Shown here: piece by piece, positions 7,973 through 16,884 of the stretch | Layout: the number at the start of each line of letters is the position of its first letter | Position numbering within the stretch: the first letter of the stretch is position 1 | Source: an uncultured Dehalococcoidia bacterium | GTDB taxonomy: Bacteria; Chloroflexota; Dehalococcoidia; Lucifugimonadales; UBA1127 | DNA length: 62,268 bases | Reading direction: 5' to 3' | NCBI GenBank assembly: GCA_964436745.1 | Contig: CAYTEC010000004.1 | Coordinates: 1 to 62,268 of the forward strand | Made by a program: the position numbers and the translations under genes | Notes under the pieces: generated by a model | The model's input: the letters and a program-made list of their open reading frames with translations, nothing else | The model's database searches: none | Told to the model about the DNA's origin: nothing

Positions 7973-9045
7973 CGCGCCCTCCCTGTGTCCCCGGGCCCCG
8001 CGTGCGCGTTGGCGCCGGGAGACTCGGCGTTGGTCCGGGCCCGTAAGCGCCGGAGCTCGTCTTCCATGTGGCCAAGCAAGCCCACGTCGCTGGAGTACCG
8101 GGCCGTCTCGATGGCGGAGGCCACGGATTGCGCCGACGCCCTCCCGTGACCGACCACGATCAGCCCCCGCACCCCGAAGAGCGGCCCGCCTCCGACGTCC
8201 TCGACCAGGCTGAACAGGCCGAGAACCTCCCGGCTCAGGGCTTCCAGCTCCGCTTCCGGCAGGAGGTCCCGGAGTCTCCCGCACAGGTGCGCCGAGAGCA
8301 CTTCACCGATCCCCTCCATGGTCTTCATCAGGATGTTTCCCACGAAGCCGTCACAGACGACCACGTCCGCCAGCCCCGCGACCAGGTCATGGCCCTCCAC
8401 GTTGCCGATGAAGTTCAGTCCGCTCTGGGCAAACGCCTCGGCGGCTTCCCTGGTCTGCCGGTTTCCCTTGCCCGATTCCGCGCCCACGCTGAGGAGCGCC
8501 ACCCGCGGCTGGGGGACCTTCAGGTGTACCTGAGCAAACGCCACGCCGAGGGCCGCGAAGTCCACCAGCTGCCCCGGGCGGCAGTCTAGGTTGGCGCCGA
8601 GCTCCATGAACATCATGTTCGGCGCGAAGCCGATGATGGGTCCGCCGAGGGCCGGCCGTTCGATCCCATCCAGGAGCCCCAGGAGCATCGACGAGGCGGC
8701 CATCGCGGCCCCGGTGGAGCCCATGGTCACCATGGCGTCGGCTTTGCCTTCCTTGACGAGCGATGTTCCGACGACCACGGAGGCGCGCGGCTTTTGCCGC
8801 AGTGCCTGGATCGGCGCCTCCCCCTCCCCGATCACCCCCTCCGAGGGGACCACGGTGACCGGCAGCCCGTCCAAGACGTGGCGCGACAGCTCTTCCTGGA
8901 CGGCGTCCGCGTCCCCGACCAGCAGAACCTCGACGCCCCCGCGCTGGGCCGCGAGGAGCGCTCCGGGGACGGTCGCTGCCGGGCCGAAGTCGCCCCCCAT
9001 GGCGTCGAGGGCTATCTTGACACGGCGCGAGGGGTCGCGGCTCAT
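7969..9045 (-). CDS. plsX: phosphate acyltransferase PlsX
   Basis: IALDAMGGDFGP, VSAGSTGA-like MGSTGA and VCDGFVGN motifs. Start at ATG 9045 with SD GGAGG. Confidence 0.9.
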   Translation of the reverse strand: MSRDPSRRVKIALDAMGGDFGPAATVPGALLAAQRGGVEVLLVGDADAVQEELSRHVLDGLPVTVVPSEGVIGEGEAPIQALRQKPRASVVVGTSLVKEGKADAMVTMGSTGAAMAASSMLLGLLDGIERPALGGPIIGFAPNMMFMELGANLDCRPGQLVDFAALGVAFAQVHLKVPQPRVALLSVGAESGKGNRQTREAAEAFAQSGLNFIGNVEGHDLVAGLADVVVCDGFVGNILMKTMEGIGEVLSAHLCGRLRDLLPEAELEALSREVLGLFSLVEDVGGGPLFGVRGLIVVGHGRASAQSVASAIETARYSSDVGLLGHMEDELRRLRARTNAESPGANAHAGPGDTGRAR

Positions 9046-9100
9046 CCGGTCCTCCGGCGGGGGCCATTGGGGGCCGCCGGTGGGACAGGCGGCACCCGTG

Positions 9101-9129
9101 ATTATAGAAGGGGGCCAAGGGGAAATCAA
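9101..9129 (-). promoter_or_regulatory. candidate plsX promoter (TTGATT-N17-TATAAT)
   Basis: The minus strand reads cTTGATTtccccttggcccccttcTATAATcacg, about 55 nt upstream of plsX. Confidence 0.5.
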
Positions 9130-9185
9130 GGAGACAGAGGGGTCTCGGGCAGGGTCGTTCGGTCGTCCATGCGGCGCCTGCTCCC

Positions 9186-9290
9186 GCCCAGGGTACGCCC
9201 TGCCCGCTCGCGGAGGCACGGCTGGCGGACCCTCCGACGGGGGGTGCTGGCACACCTGCCCAGAATGGGTGCGGGGCACACCATGCCAGG
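9186..9290. repeat. interspersed palindromic repeat (CAGGGYRCGCCCTG family), two cores
   Basis: CCAGGGTACGCCCTGC (9188..9203). CCCAGAATGGGTGCGGGGCACACCATGCC (9258..9287) is about 75% identical to 55651..55679. Confidence 0.55.
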
Positions 9291-9297
9291 GCTGCGT

Positions 9298-10011
9298 TCA
9301 GGCCAGAAGCCGGTCCGCCAGGTCGCCGAAGTCCAATGCGTTGACGTCGAAGTCGAGCTGCGGTGAAAGGTCGCCGTCGTTGCCCTGGCCGCGCTCCCCC
9401 GGCCGCTGCACGTACGCCGACCCCATGCCGACCGCCATCGCCGCGCGGAGGTCGCCGGGGTGGGCCGCCACCATCATCGCCTGCTCGGGCGCGACACCCA
9501 CCACCCGGAGGCCCGCGAGATACGCTTGAGGATCGGGCTTGTAGTGGCCCAGGAACTCGCACGACAGGATGCCGTCCCACTGGACGCCGGCGGCTTTCGA
9601 GCTATCGACGACCAGCGCCCAGCTGAGGATCGTCAGCACGACGACCGTGTACCGGCTCCTGAGGCGCTCCAGAGCCTCCGGCGCGTCTGGCCAGACGCGG
9701 AGCCGATGCCACACCAGGTTGAGCTCGTCCCTGTCCGACTCGCTCAGCGCCAGGCTCGGATGCCCGTCGGCGACTGTGTCCAGCGCCCGACGGTGCATCT
9801 CGTCGGCGTTCATCCACGGCAGCTCGCCGCTCCGCACCCGCTGGAGGACCCCGAACATCCCCTGGCGCCACTCGTTGGCGAATCGCGGGGCGTCAACCTC
9901 CGCGCCGCGCCGCGTCGCCAGGCTGGCAACCTCGTCGCGGATGGTGTGGTGCCAGTCGAAGACGGTTCCGCCGACGTCGAACGTCAGGGCTCGAATTCTC
10001 GATAGGTCCAT
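9298..10011 (-). CDS. HAD-superfamily hydrolase (haloacid dehalogenase type II-like)
   Basis: N-terminal FDVGGTVFDW (the DxG/DxD-type HAD motif I region), an HYKPD motif and C-terminal ..AAHPGDLRAA.. Start at ATG 10011. Confidence 0.7.
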   Translation of the reverse strand: MDLSRIRALTFDVGGTVFDWHHTIRDEVASLATRRGAEVDAPRFANEWRQGMFGVLQRVRSGELPWMNADEMHRRALDTVADGHPSLALSESDRDELNLVWHRLRVWPDAPEALERLRSRYTVVVLTILSWALVVDSSKAAGVQWDGILSCEFLGHYKPDPQAYLAGLRVVGVAPEQAMMVAAHPGDLRAAMAVGMGSAYVQRPGERGQGNDGDLSPQLDFDVNALDFGDLADRLLA

Positions 10012-10263
10012 GGAACGTCTCTCCTTCGTCCGGCTGCATTCCAGGCGCGGCATCGGGGCGTGGCTAACGAATGCTCAACCAGGGGGAGTGGGATGTCAAG
10101 AGCGGCAGTGGGAGAGTGGGACCCTTGCGGTCCTCGGCAGGTCGCGGAAAGAGGGGAGCCTCAGGGAGTGGCGACCCTTGGTGGTCTATCGCGGGGCGGA
10201 TGAAGGCCAGGACGAGGGCGAAGTATCGCTCGAAACGGGTTGTTGATTCGCCTGCAAATCGAA

Positions 10264-10296
10264 GGTCCCCCGGCGGCCAGCGGCTACCGGGGGACC
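10264..10296 (-). terminator. hairpin terminator downstream of the 53-aa ORF
   Basis: Perfect 10-bp stem GGTCCCCCGG-N13-CCGGGGGACC. On the minus strand it is followed by TTCGATTTGC. Confidence 0.5.
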
Positions 10297-10332
10297 GAGG
10301 TTCGGACGTAACGAGGGTTGCGGCGGTTCAGC

Positions 10333-10494
10333 CTACCAGGCCTGATAGCGCGACTGGAGGGCCGACACGTAGTCCTGCCTGGCCTCTCTCACACTGGGGC
10401 CTCCCTGTCGCGTGCCGCGCTGCAGGCTCCGGTAGTACGTCTCGAAGCCGCCCTTGCTGGTGGTCATCACTGCGTCCACGATCTTGTGCAGCAT
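10333..10494 (-). CDS. small hypothetical protein (53 aa), divergent from the LysR gene
   Basis: Absent from the ORF track because it is under 60 aa. AAGGAG lies 6 nt upstream of the ATG. Product MLHKIVDAVMTTSKGGFETYYRSLQRGTRQGGPSVREARQDYVSALQSRYQAW. A terminator hairpin lies downstream. Confidence 0.45.
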   Translation of the reverse strand: MLHKIVDAVMTTSKGGFETYYRSLQRGTRQGGPSVREARQDYVSALQSRYQAW

Positions 10495-10628
10495 TTCATT
10501 CTCCTTGGGCTCTTGTTGGCCCCCACCTGTTTCTTACAGTTATATTGTGCCCCTTACGGAGTATTGCGTCAAGGGATATATGATGATACGCTATATCGTG
10601 TATCGTGATGTTTTGGGAGGAGGGAAAG

Positions 10629-11531
10629 ATGGAGCTACGAGAGCTTCGGAGCTTCTGCGCCGTCGCCAGGCTGCGGAGCATGTCCCGCGCCGCGGAAGAC
10701 CTGGGAATCGGGCAGCCAACCGTATCAGGTCACGTCAAGAGACTCGAGGAAGAGATGGGCGTCATCCTCTTCGACCGGGTCAGGCGTCCCGTGCAGCCAA
10801 CCCTGGTGGGCGCAAAGCTCGCAGAGCTGGCGGGACCCCTCGTCGAGGGGATCGATGCCCTTGCCAGGTCCACGTCGCGCGCTGAAGAGGAAGGGCCGGT
10901 GACCGTGGCATCGACTCGGGACATCATTCCCCATACCCTCCTTCCCGTCGTCCGGGCGTTCCGCTCCGAGCACCCCCGCGCGCACCTCCGCATCCGCTCG
11001 AGCAACAGGGTTGGGATCCTGGAGATGGTCGCCGCTGGGGAGGTCGACATGGGAATCGTGCCCGGACCGGACCGGAGCCCGGAACTCGATTTCCTGGGGC
11101 TGTTCAAGTACGAGCGTGTGCTGATCACGCCGCTGGGACACCCCCTCCTCCAGGAATCGCTGACCTCCATCGACCAGATCGCCCCGTGGCCCCTGATCCT
11201 GATGTCCGGCAGCACATATACCCGCGCCACGCTGGAGGCGGAGTTCCAGCGCCGGGGGGTCGCCTACGACGTCGTCGTCGAGCTGGACAGCCTGGACGTA
11301 ATCAAGCGCTATGTGGCCTTGGGGATGGGGGTCTCTGTGGGTCCCAGCCTGGCGATCGACGACCAGGACCGTGAGGAGTTGGGCATCGTGCGGCTGGATC
11401 ACCTGCTGCCGGTGGAGCAGGCGGGGGTCGTGACTCTGCGAGGCAAGAGCCTTTCCACGCCGGCGGCCCAGTTCATCTCCGTGCTCCAACGCACGCTGGA
11501 GCCGTCCGCTCCGACGGTTGGACGACGGTAG
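10629..11531 (+). CDS. LysR family transcriptional regulator
   Basis: N-terminal HTH MELRELRSFCAVARLRSMSRAAEDLGIGQPTVSGHVKRLE and a LysR substrate-binding-like C-terminus. SD GGGAGGAGGG. Confidence 0.85.
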   Translation: MELRELRSFCAVARLRSMSRAAEDLGIGQPTVSGHVKRLEEEMGVILFDRVRRPVQPTLVGAKLAELAGPLVEGIDALARSTSRAEEEGPVTVASTRDIIPHTLLPVVRAFRSEHPRAHLRIRSSNRVGILEMVAAGEVDMGIVPGPDRSPELDFLGLFKYERVLITPLGHPLLQESLTSIDQIAPWPLILMSGSTYTRATLEAEFQRRGVAYDVVVELDSLDVIKRYVALGMGVSVGPSLAIDDQDREELGIVRLDHLLPVEQAGVVTLRGKSLSTPAAQFISVLQRTLEPSAPTVGRR

Positions 11532-11552
11532 CGCCTGGGGCTGCCGTTCGTG

Positions 11553-12890
11553 TCAGCGGAGCGGCTGGCCGCTCTTCGGCAGCAGCGCCGCCAGAGGCGC
11601 CGTGAGCGCGACGACGGCCACGGAGGCGTAGACCGCCAGGTCGTACGACTCGCGGATATCGAAGACCCACCCGTAGAAGATCGGGCCGACGACGCCCGAT
11701 CCGATCGCCGCCCCCTGCACCAGCCCTTGAATAGAGCCGAGTGAACGCTCTCCGAACAGTCGCGCGATCAGGAAGGGTCGCAGCGGGATTGTGCCCCCGA
11801 ACCCCACGCCGAACATGAGCGCAAATGCGCCAACGAGCACAATGTCCGATGAATCGATGGCCGGCAGAAAGGCGAGCGCGACGCACTGGAGCGCGAACAG
11901 CCCGACGATGAGCGCGCGGTAGTCCACGATGTCCGCCAGGGCGCCCGAGCCAATGCGGCCGATGCCGCTCAGGAGGAACACGAGCCCCACGATGGTGGCG
12001 GCCTGAGTCGTCCCGTACCCGACGCGCTCCAGCAGGGGGATCAGGTGAACCATGAGGCCGCTGATCCCCACGAACTGCGCCCCGAATAGAATCGTGATGA
12101 CCCAGAAGGACCGGGTGCGTAGCGCCTGCCCCGGGGAGAACTGCGCGGAGTCCCACCCAGCCTGGCGGATGGGAACGCCGGCATCGTCGGTCGGTTCCTC
12201 CAGGTCCCCGTCGGGAAGCTGGCCGTACTTGTGTGGTGACGACCGCGCCACCAACGAGAGGGGAAGCCCGACGATCAGCAGCCCAACGCCGAACACGCGA
12301 AGCGCCCCGCGCCAGCCCAGGGCCTCCTCCAGGACCGCCGCCACGATGATGAACGGGCCGCCCACCACCGGCCCGTTCATCGCGAGGCCCAGGGCCCGGC
12401 CCCGCAGTCGCCGAAACCAGTTGGCCACCGCCACCGGCCACGATACGCCGTGGGAGGCGCCCGTGGCTCCGAGGGCCGCGATCAGGAACGCCGCATAGAA
12501 CGTCCAGATCGAGTTGATGAAGCCCAGCAGGATCAGGCCGACGCCGCCCAGCGCCACGCCCAGTAGAATGATCGGTCGCGGGCCCCACCGGTCCACGAGG
12601 AACCCCGCCGCCGGCGCGAGGATGCCCGATTCGAGCTGGCGCAGCGAGAAGGCGCCGGATGTCACCGCCCGGCTCCACCCGAACTCCCGGACGATGGGAA
12701 GGAAGAAGACCTGGAATCCCTGGAAGAACGATACCGAGAGGTAGAAGTTGACGGCGATGCTCGCCGCCACGATGTACCACCCATAGAAGACGCGAGGGCG
12801 ACGAGTCACGATTCGGGGAGATGCCAAGGAGTACCCCACTGGCTCAGCTTTCGGCGAGGCCCGGAGACGAGGCATCGGCAATGATACCAT
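11553..12890 (-). CDS. MFS transporter (oxalate/formate antiporter-like family)
   Basis: 12-TM-like sequence with ..FLVDRWGPRP.. (MFS motif A region). Paralogue of 32785..34113. Start uncertain (12890 or 12875). Confidence 0.8.
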   Translation of the reverse strand: MVSLPMPRLRASPKAEPVGYSLASPRIVTRRPRVFYGWYIVAASIAVNFYLSVSFFQGFQVFFLPIVREFGWSRAVTSGAFSLRQLESGILAPAAGFLVDRWGPRPIILLGVALGGVGLILLGFINSIWTFYAAFLIAALGATGASHGVSWPVAVANWFRRLRGRALGLAMNGPVVGGPFIIVAAVLEEALGWRGALRVFGVGLLIVGLPLSLVARSSPHKYGQLPDGDLEEPTDDAGVPIRQAGWDSAQFSPGQALRTRSFWVITILFGAQFVGISGLMVHLIPLLERVGYGTTQAATIVGLVFLLSGIGRIGSGALADIVDYRALIVGLFALQCVALAFLPAIDSSDIVLVGAFALMFGVGFGGTIPLRPFLIARLFGERSLGSIQGLVQGAAIGSGVVGPIFYGWVFDIRESYDLAVYASVAVVALTAPLAALLPKSGQPLR

Positions 12891-13049
12891 ACCCGCGCGT
12901 CGGCGCTTCCCCCCTCCTTCCGCGGGATGCCAGTGACGGGTGACCCTGCATTCGATACGGGTGACGATGTATCATAGAACCACATCGGGAGACCGCATCG
13001 CGGGCGGCAATGGTGGCGACTCCTGCCCCCGCGACCGTCGCCTGCAGCC

Positions 13050-14516
13050 ATGACAAGGGAGACGCAAGTGAGCAAGACGCCGAGTGTTGCCTACAGTGTG
13101 ACCATCAGAGCAGAGTACGCGAATCAGCCGGGGATGCTGGGCCAGGTGTCGTCGGCCATCGGCGCGGCGGGGGGAGACATCACGGCGGTGGACATCGCCT
13201 CCTCCGACGGACGTCGCATCGTGCGCACACTCACGCTCAACGCCAGTGACCAGGCGCACGTCCGGCGAATCACCCGCGCGGTCCGCAAGGTCGCGGGCGT
13301 CAGGGTGCTGGGCGTGACCGATGAGGTGTTCCGCGTCCACAGCGGAGGCAAGATAGAGGTCCGATCCAAGGTGGATGTCCGCAATCGCAACGACCTTTCG
13401 CTGGTCTACACCCCCGGCGTGGGCCGCGTGTCGATGGCCGTTCACGACGACCCGGACAGCGTCTGGTCGTCGACCATCAGGGGCAACTCGGTCGCGGTGG
13501 TCTCGGACGGCACCGCGGTCCTGGGGCTGGGGGACATCGGGCCGGAGGCGGCCATGCCCGTGATGGAAGGCAAGGCGATGCTCTTCAAGCAGTTCGCGGG
13601 CATCGACGCCTGGCCCATCTGCCTGGCGACGAAGGATCCGGACCGGATCGTCGAGACCGTGCTGAACCTGGCGCCCACCTTCGGGGGCGTCAACCTGGAG
13701 GACATTTCCGCGCCCCGCTGCTTCGACATCGAGGAGCGGCTGCGGGAGGAGCTTCCCATCCCGGTGATGCACGACGACCAGCACGGCACCGCGGTGGTCG
13801 TGCTCGCGGGCCTGCTCAACGCCCTGCGGGTGGTGGGCAAGCGGATCGAGGACATCAGGGCGGTGGTGCTCGGGGCGGGCGCCGGGGGCTCGGCATGCGC
13901 GCGCATCATGCTCGCCGCCGGGGCTCGCAATGTGGTGGTCCTGGACCGCCAGGGCATCCTCACGCGGCGCCGCGAATACCCCGACAACCCCATGAAGCGG
14001 TGGCTTGCCGAGCAGACCAACCCCGACAACCTGGAGGGCGGACTGGACGAGGCCATCACCGGGGCCGACTTCTTCCTGGGCCTGTCCGGTCCAGGCCTGC
14101 TTTCGCGGAACCAGGTGGCGCGGATGGCCGCCGATGCCGTCGTGTTCGCACTCTCGAACCCGGACCCGGAGGTTCATCCCGACGAAGTCGGGGGCCTGGT
14201 CCGCGTGATGGCGACCGGCCGCTCCGACTTCCCCAACCAGGTCAACAACGCCCTGTGCTTCCCCGGCGTCTTTCGCGGCGCTCTGGACGTCCGGGCAAGC
14301 GGCATCAACGAAGAGATGAAGCTCGCGGCCGCCCACGCCATCGCCGCCATCGTCTCGGAGAAGGAGCGGTGCGAGGAGTACGTCATCCCGAGCATCTTCA
14401 ACCCGGCCGTCGCGCCGGCAGTGGCGCGCGCCGCATCGGATGCGGCGATACGGACGGGCGTCGCTCGGGCGCCGGGGGGCCGCGGGGGTCGGGGGCGGGC
14501 CGCGCCGCGCAGGTGA
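13050..14516 (+). CDS. NAD(P)-dependent malic enzyme with N-terminal ACT domain
   Basis: ..VYTPGVG.., VSDGTAVLGLGDIGP and GAGAGG Rossmann motifs, plus an ACT-like first ~75 aa. An alternative GTG start at 13068 has the better SD (AAGGGAG). Confidence 0.85.
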   Translation: MTRETQVSKTPSVAYSVTIRAEYANQPGMLGQVSSAIGAAGGDITAVDIASSDGRRIVRTLTLNASDQAHVRRITRAVRKVAGVRVLGVTDEVFRVHSGGKIEVRSKVDVRNRNDLSLVYTPGVGRVSMAVHDDPDSVWSSTIRGNSVAVVSDGTAVLGLGDIGPEAAMPVMEGKAMLFKQFAGIDAWPICLATKDPDRIVETVLNLAPTFGGVNLEDISAPRCFDIEERLREELPIPVMHDDQHGTAVVVLAGLLNALRVVGKRIEDIRAVVLGAGAGGSACARIMLAAGARNVVVLDRQGILTRRREYPDNPMKRWLAEQTNPDNLEGGLDEAITGADFFLGLSGPGLLSRNQVARMAADAVVFALSNPDPEVHPDEVGGLVRVMATGRSDFPNQVNNALCFPGVFRGALDVRASGINEEMKLAAAHAIAAIVSEKERCEEYVIPSIFNPAVAPAVARAASDAAIRTGVARAPGGRGGRGRAAPRR

Positions 14517-14606
14517 GCCACCAGCGGCTCGCCGGGCTCGGAATGAGCCGAGTTCATTGCAATCGGGATGCCCCGGCCGTCATCGAGACCCAATCGGGAG
14601 GACTGA

Positions 14607-15233
14607 ATGACAACTTCCAGTCGCATGTCCATGTCGTTGGGCGAGGCGATCTTCACCCAGCGGGCCATCAGGCGCTTCAAGCCCGACCCCATTCCTGAAG
14701 GGGACCTCCAGGACATAATGGAGGCCGCGATCCGGGCGCCCAGCGGGGGCAACAGTCAGCCGTGGCACTGGATCCTGATTCGAGACGCCGAGGTCCGGCG
14801 CCAGCTTGGCGATCTCTACAAAGAGGCCTGGTGGGCCAAGAGGCGGGACGCCGGCATTAAGGGGCCTGAGGACATCCCGGCGGGCAAAGGCGTGACGCAG
14901 TCCGCAATGAGGCTGGCGGATGAGATCGGTGAAGCGCCGTGCATCGTCATCCTCTGCGCCACTTCCAAGGGGGCGGGGCCGAGAGAGTCCGTGATCCCCG
15001 CGGCCCAGAACCTGCTGCTCGCGGCGAGGTCCTTCGGTGTTGGCGGGACTATCACGACTCTCCATCCACTGGTTGAGGAGCGAGTGGGCCGTCTCCTGGG
15101 CATCCCAGAGGCCGCGCAGATCGTCTACGCCATTCCAATCGGGTTCCCGCGCGGCGAGTTCGGCGGGGCTCAGCGCAGGCCGCTGGTTGAGGTGTGCTCC
15201 TACGATCGGTGGGAGCGTTCGCCGGAGGAGTAG
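14607..15233 (+). CDS. nitroreductase family protein
   Basis: ..RRAIRRFKPDPIP...APSGGNSQPWHW.. is a typical nitroreductase N-terminal signature. Confidence 0.8.
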   Translation: MTTSSRMSMSLGEAIFTQRAIRRFKPDPIPEGDLQDIMEAAIRAPSGGNSQPWHWILIRDAEVRRQLGDLYKEAWWAKRRDAGIKGPEDIPAGKGVTQSAMRLADEIGEAPCIVILCATSKGAGPRESVIPAAQNLLLAARSFGVGGTITTLHPLVEERVGRLLGIPEAAQIVYAIPIGFPRGEFGGAQRRPLVEVCSYDRWERSPEE

Positions 15234-15351
15234 CGGCGGGGCATGGGCGCCCTGCGAGAGCAGGAGGGGGCACTCTACCCACCGTCCCCGCCTCGGTGGC
15301 CGCGACCCCAAACCTTCCTGCGCGCCCTGGGAAGGATGCGAGCGGCTCCCT

Positions 15352-15421
15352 CCCTCACCCTCCCCGGGGGTCTGGGGGGTACCCCCCAGAAGTAAGGTTC
15401 GGGTGGGTGGGTGGGAAAGAC
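15352..15421. repeat. interspersed repeat of the G-tract family, containing GGGTGGGTGGGTGGG
   Basis: CCCTCACCCTCCCCGGGGGTCTGGGGGGTACCCCCCAGAAGTAAGGTTCGGGTGGGTGGGTGGGAAAGAC. About 85% identical to the reverse complement of 54376..54436. The G4 motif is at 15401..15415. Confidence 0.65.
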
Positions 15422-16791
15422 TACGTCACTCTGAACCGGGCCGTCCGCCCGCACGTGCCACGCGGTGTTCCTGAGCTGGCCCGGAGCCTGCTCGCCCGCA
15501 CGTGGACCCACGGCGTCGCGCGCAAGGACACTGCCCCCGCCTCGGCGGTTGGAAGTCCGATGCCGCGCACCCGGCGACTTGACGCTCCAAGCCCCAGCGC
15601 GAACGCCGCCACCGCCGCTCCGCCGACGGCCACCGCGAACGGCGCGCTCACCAGATCCGCGACAAACCCCGATTGGACCGCGCCCAGCGGCAGCAAGCTC
15701 CACGTCATCCCGTAGATTCCCATCACCCGGCCGCGGAGCCGGTCCGGCACCCGAGCCTGCAGTGTGGTCATCACCAGAACCATGTAGAGGGTGCTGCTGG
15801 ACCCCATGAGAAAGAGGATCACCAGCGACAGGGGGTAGCTGCGAGAGAGGGCGAACGCGATCAGCAGCAGTCCGAACGTGGTCGCACCGCCGATCAGCAG
15901 CGGACCCTTCCACCGAGTCTTCCCCAGCGCCGCCGCCACGAACGTCATTCCCAGTGCCCCAATTCCCGAGGCGGCATGGAGGTACCCGAACCCCTCCGAG
16001 CCCACCCCCAGGATGTCCTCCGCGAATATCGGCAATAAGAAGATGAACGACATCCCGAAGAAGCTGTTGAAGAAGGTCAGGCCGATGAGGAACGCGAATA
16101 CCCCGTTCCCTCGGATGAAGCCGATCCCCTCGCCCATGCTCTTCAGGACATTCATGGCGGGTCCCCGCTCGATGGGCGGCACTCGGATCGCCGAGAGCAT
16201 CCCCACCATGATCAGGAATCCCAGGGCGGCCAGGTAGTACGCCGCCGCCGCTCCGCCGGCCCTCGCGATGACCACCCCGCCAATCGCCGGTCCGATGATC
16301 CGCGTTCCCTGCCAGATCGAGGTGTTCAACGCCACGGCGTTCATCAGATCGTCGCGGTGGATCAAGTGAGGATAGAGCGACTGCCGGGAGGGCGTATCGA
16401 AAGCCAGAACCGCGCCGCTCACGAACGCCACCACCAAGAGGTGGGCCACCGTGACAGCCTCCATCGCGGCTAGGGTGGCTAGACTTGCGATGAGAAGGGC
16501 GGACGTGCCCTGCGTCACGATGAGCAGGCGGCGCTGGTCGAACCGGTCCGCCACCACGCCGCCGAACAGGTTGAGCACGATGGTCGGCACCGCGGTCACC
16601 AGCCCCAGGAGCGCGAGGTAGCGGGCCGACTCCGTGAGATCGTACACCAGCCAGGTGTGGGTCACCTGGAGCAGCTGGAACCCGAGCACCGACATCAGCA
16701 ATCCAGACCAGAACAAACGGAAGTCCCGGTACCGGAATGCCGGAGGGACGGGCAGCCGACCGGCCAGGCCTGGGAACGCCGGCGTCTTCAT
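15421..16791 (-). CDS. MFS transporter (EntS/MFS_3-like family)
   Basis: Start at MKTPAFPG (ATG 16791, SD GGAGGTGGG). FRLFWSGLLMS.. and ..GGVVADRFDQRRL.. motifs. Paralogue of 27868 and 29324. Confidence 0.8.
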   Translation of the reverse strand: MKTPAFPGLAGRLPVPPAFRYRDFRLFWSGLLMSVLGFQLLQVTHTWLVYDLTESARYLALLGLVTAVPTIVLNLFGGVVADRFDQRRLLIVTQGTSALLIASLATLAAMEAVTVAHLLVVAFVSGAVLAFDTPSRQSLYPHLIHRDDLMNAVALNTSIWQGTRIIGPAIGGVVIARAGGAAAAYYLAALGFLIMVGMLSAIRVPPIERGPAMNVLKSMGEGIGFIRGNGVFAFLIGLTFFNSFFGMSFIFLLPIFAEDILGVGSEGFGYLHAASGIGALGMTFVAAALGKTRWKGPLLIGGATTFGLLLIAFALSRSYPLSLVILFLMGSSSTLYMVLVMTTLQARVPDRLRGRVMGIYGMTWSLLPLGAVQSGFVADLVSAPFAVAVGGAAVAAFALGLGASSRRVRGIGLPTAEAGAVSLRATPWVHVRASRLRASSGTPRGTCGRTARFRVT

Positions 16792-16884
16792 CCCACCTCC
16801 GTGGATGCGACCGATGACCTCGCTCCGGGGTCCGTGTCCGCCGGCCGAGCGCCGTTTGGCCACCGCCTTCGCGGCGAGTTCCCG

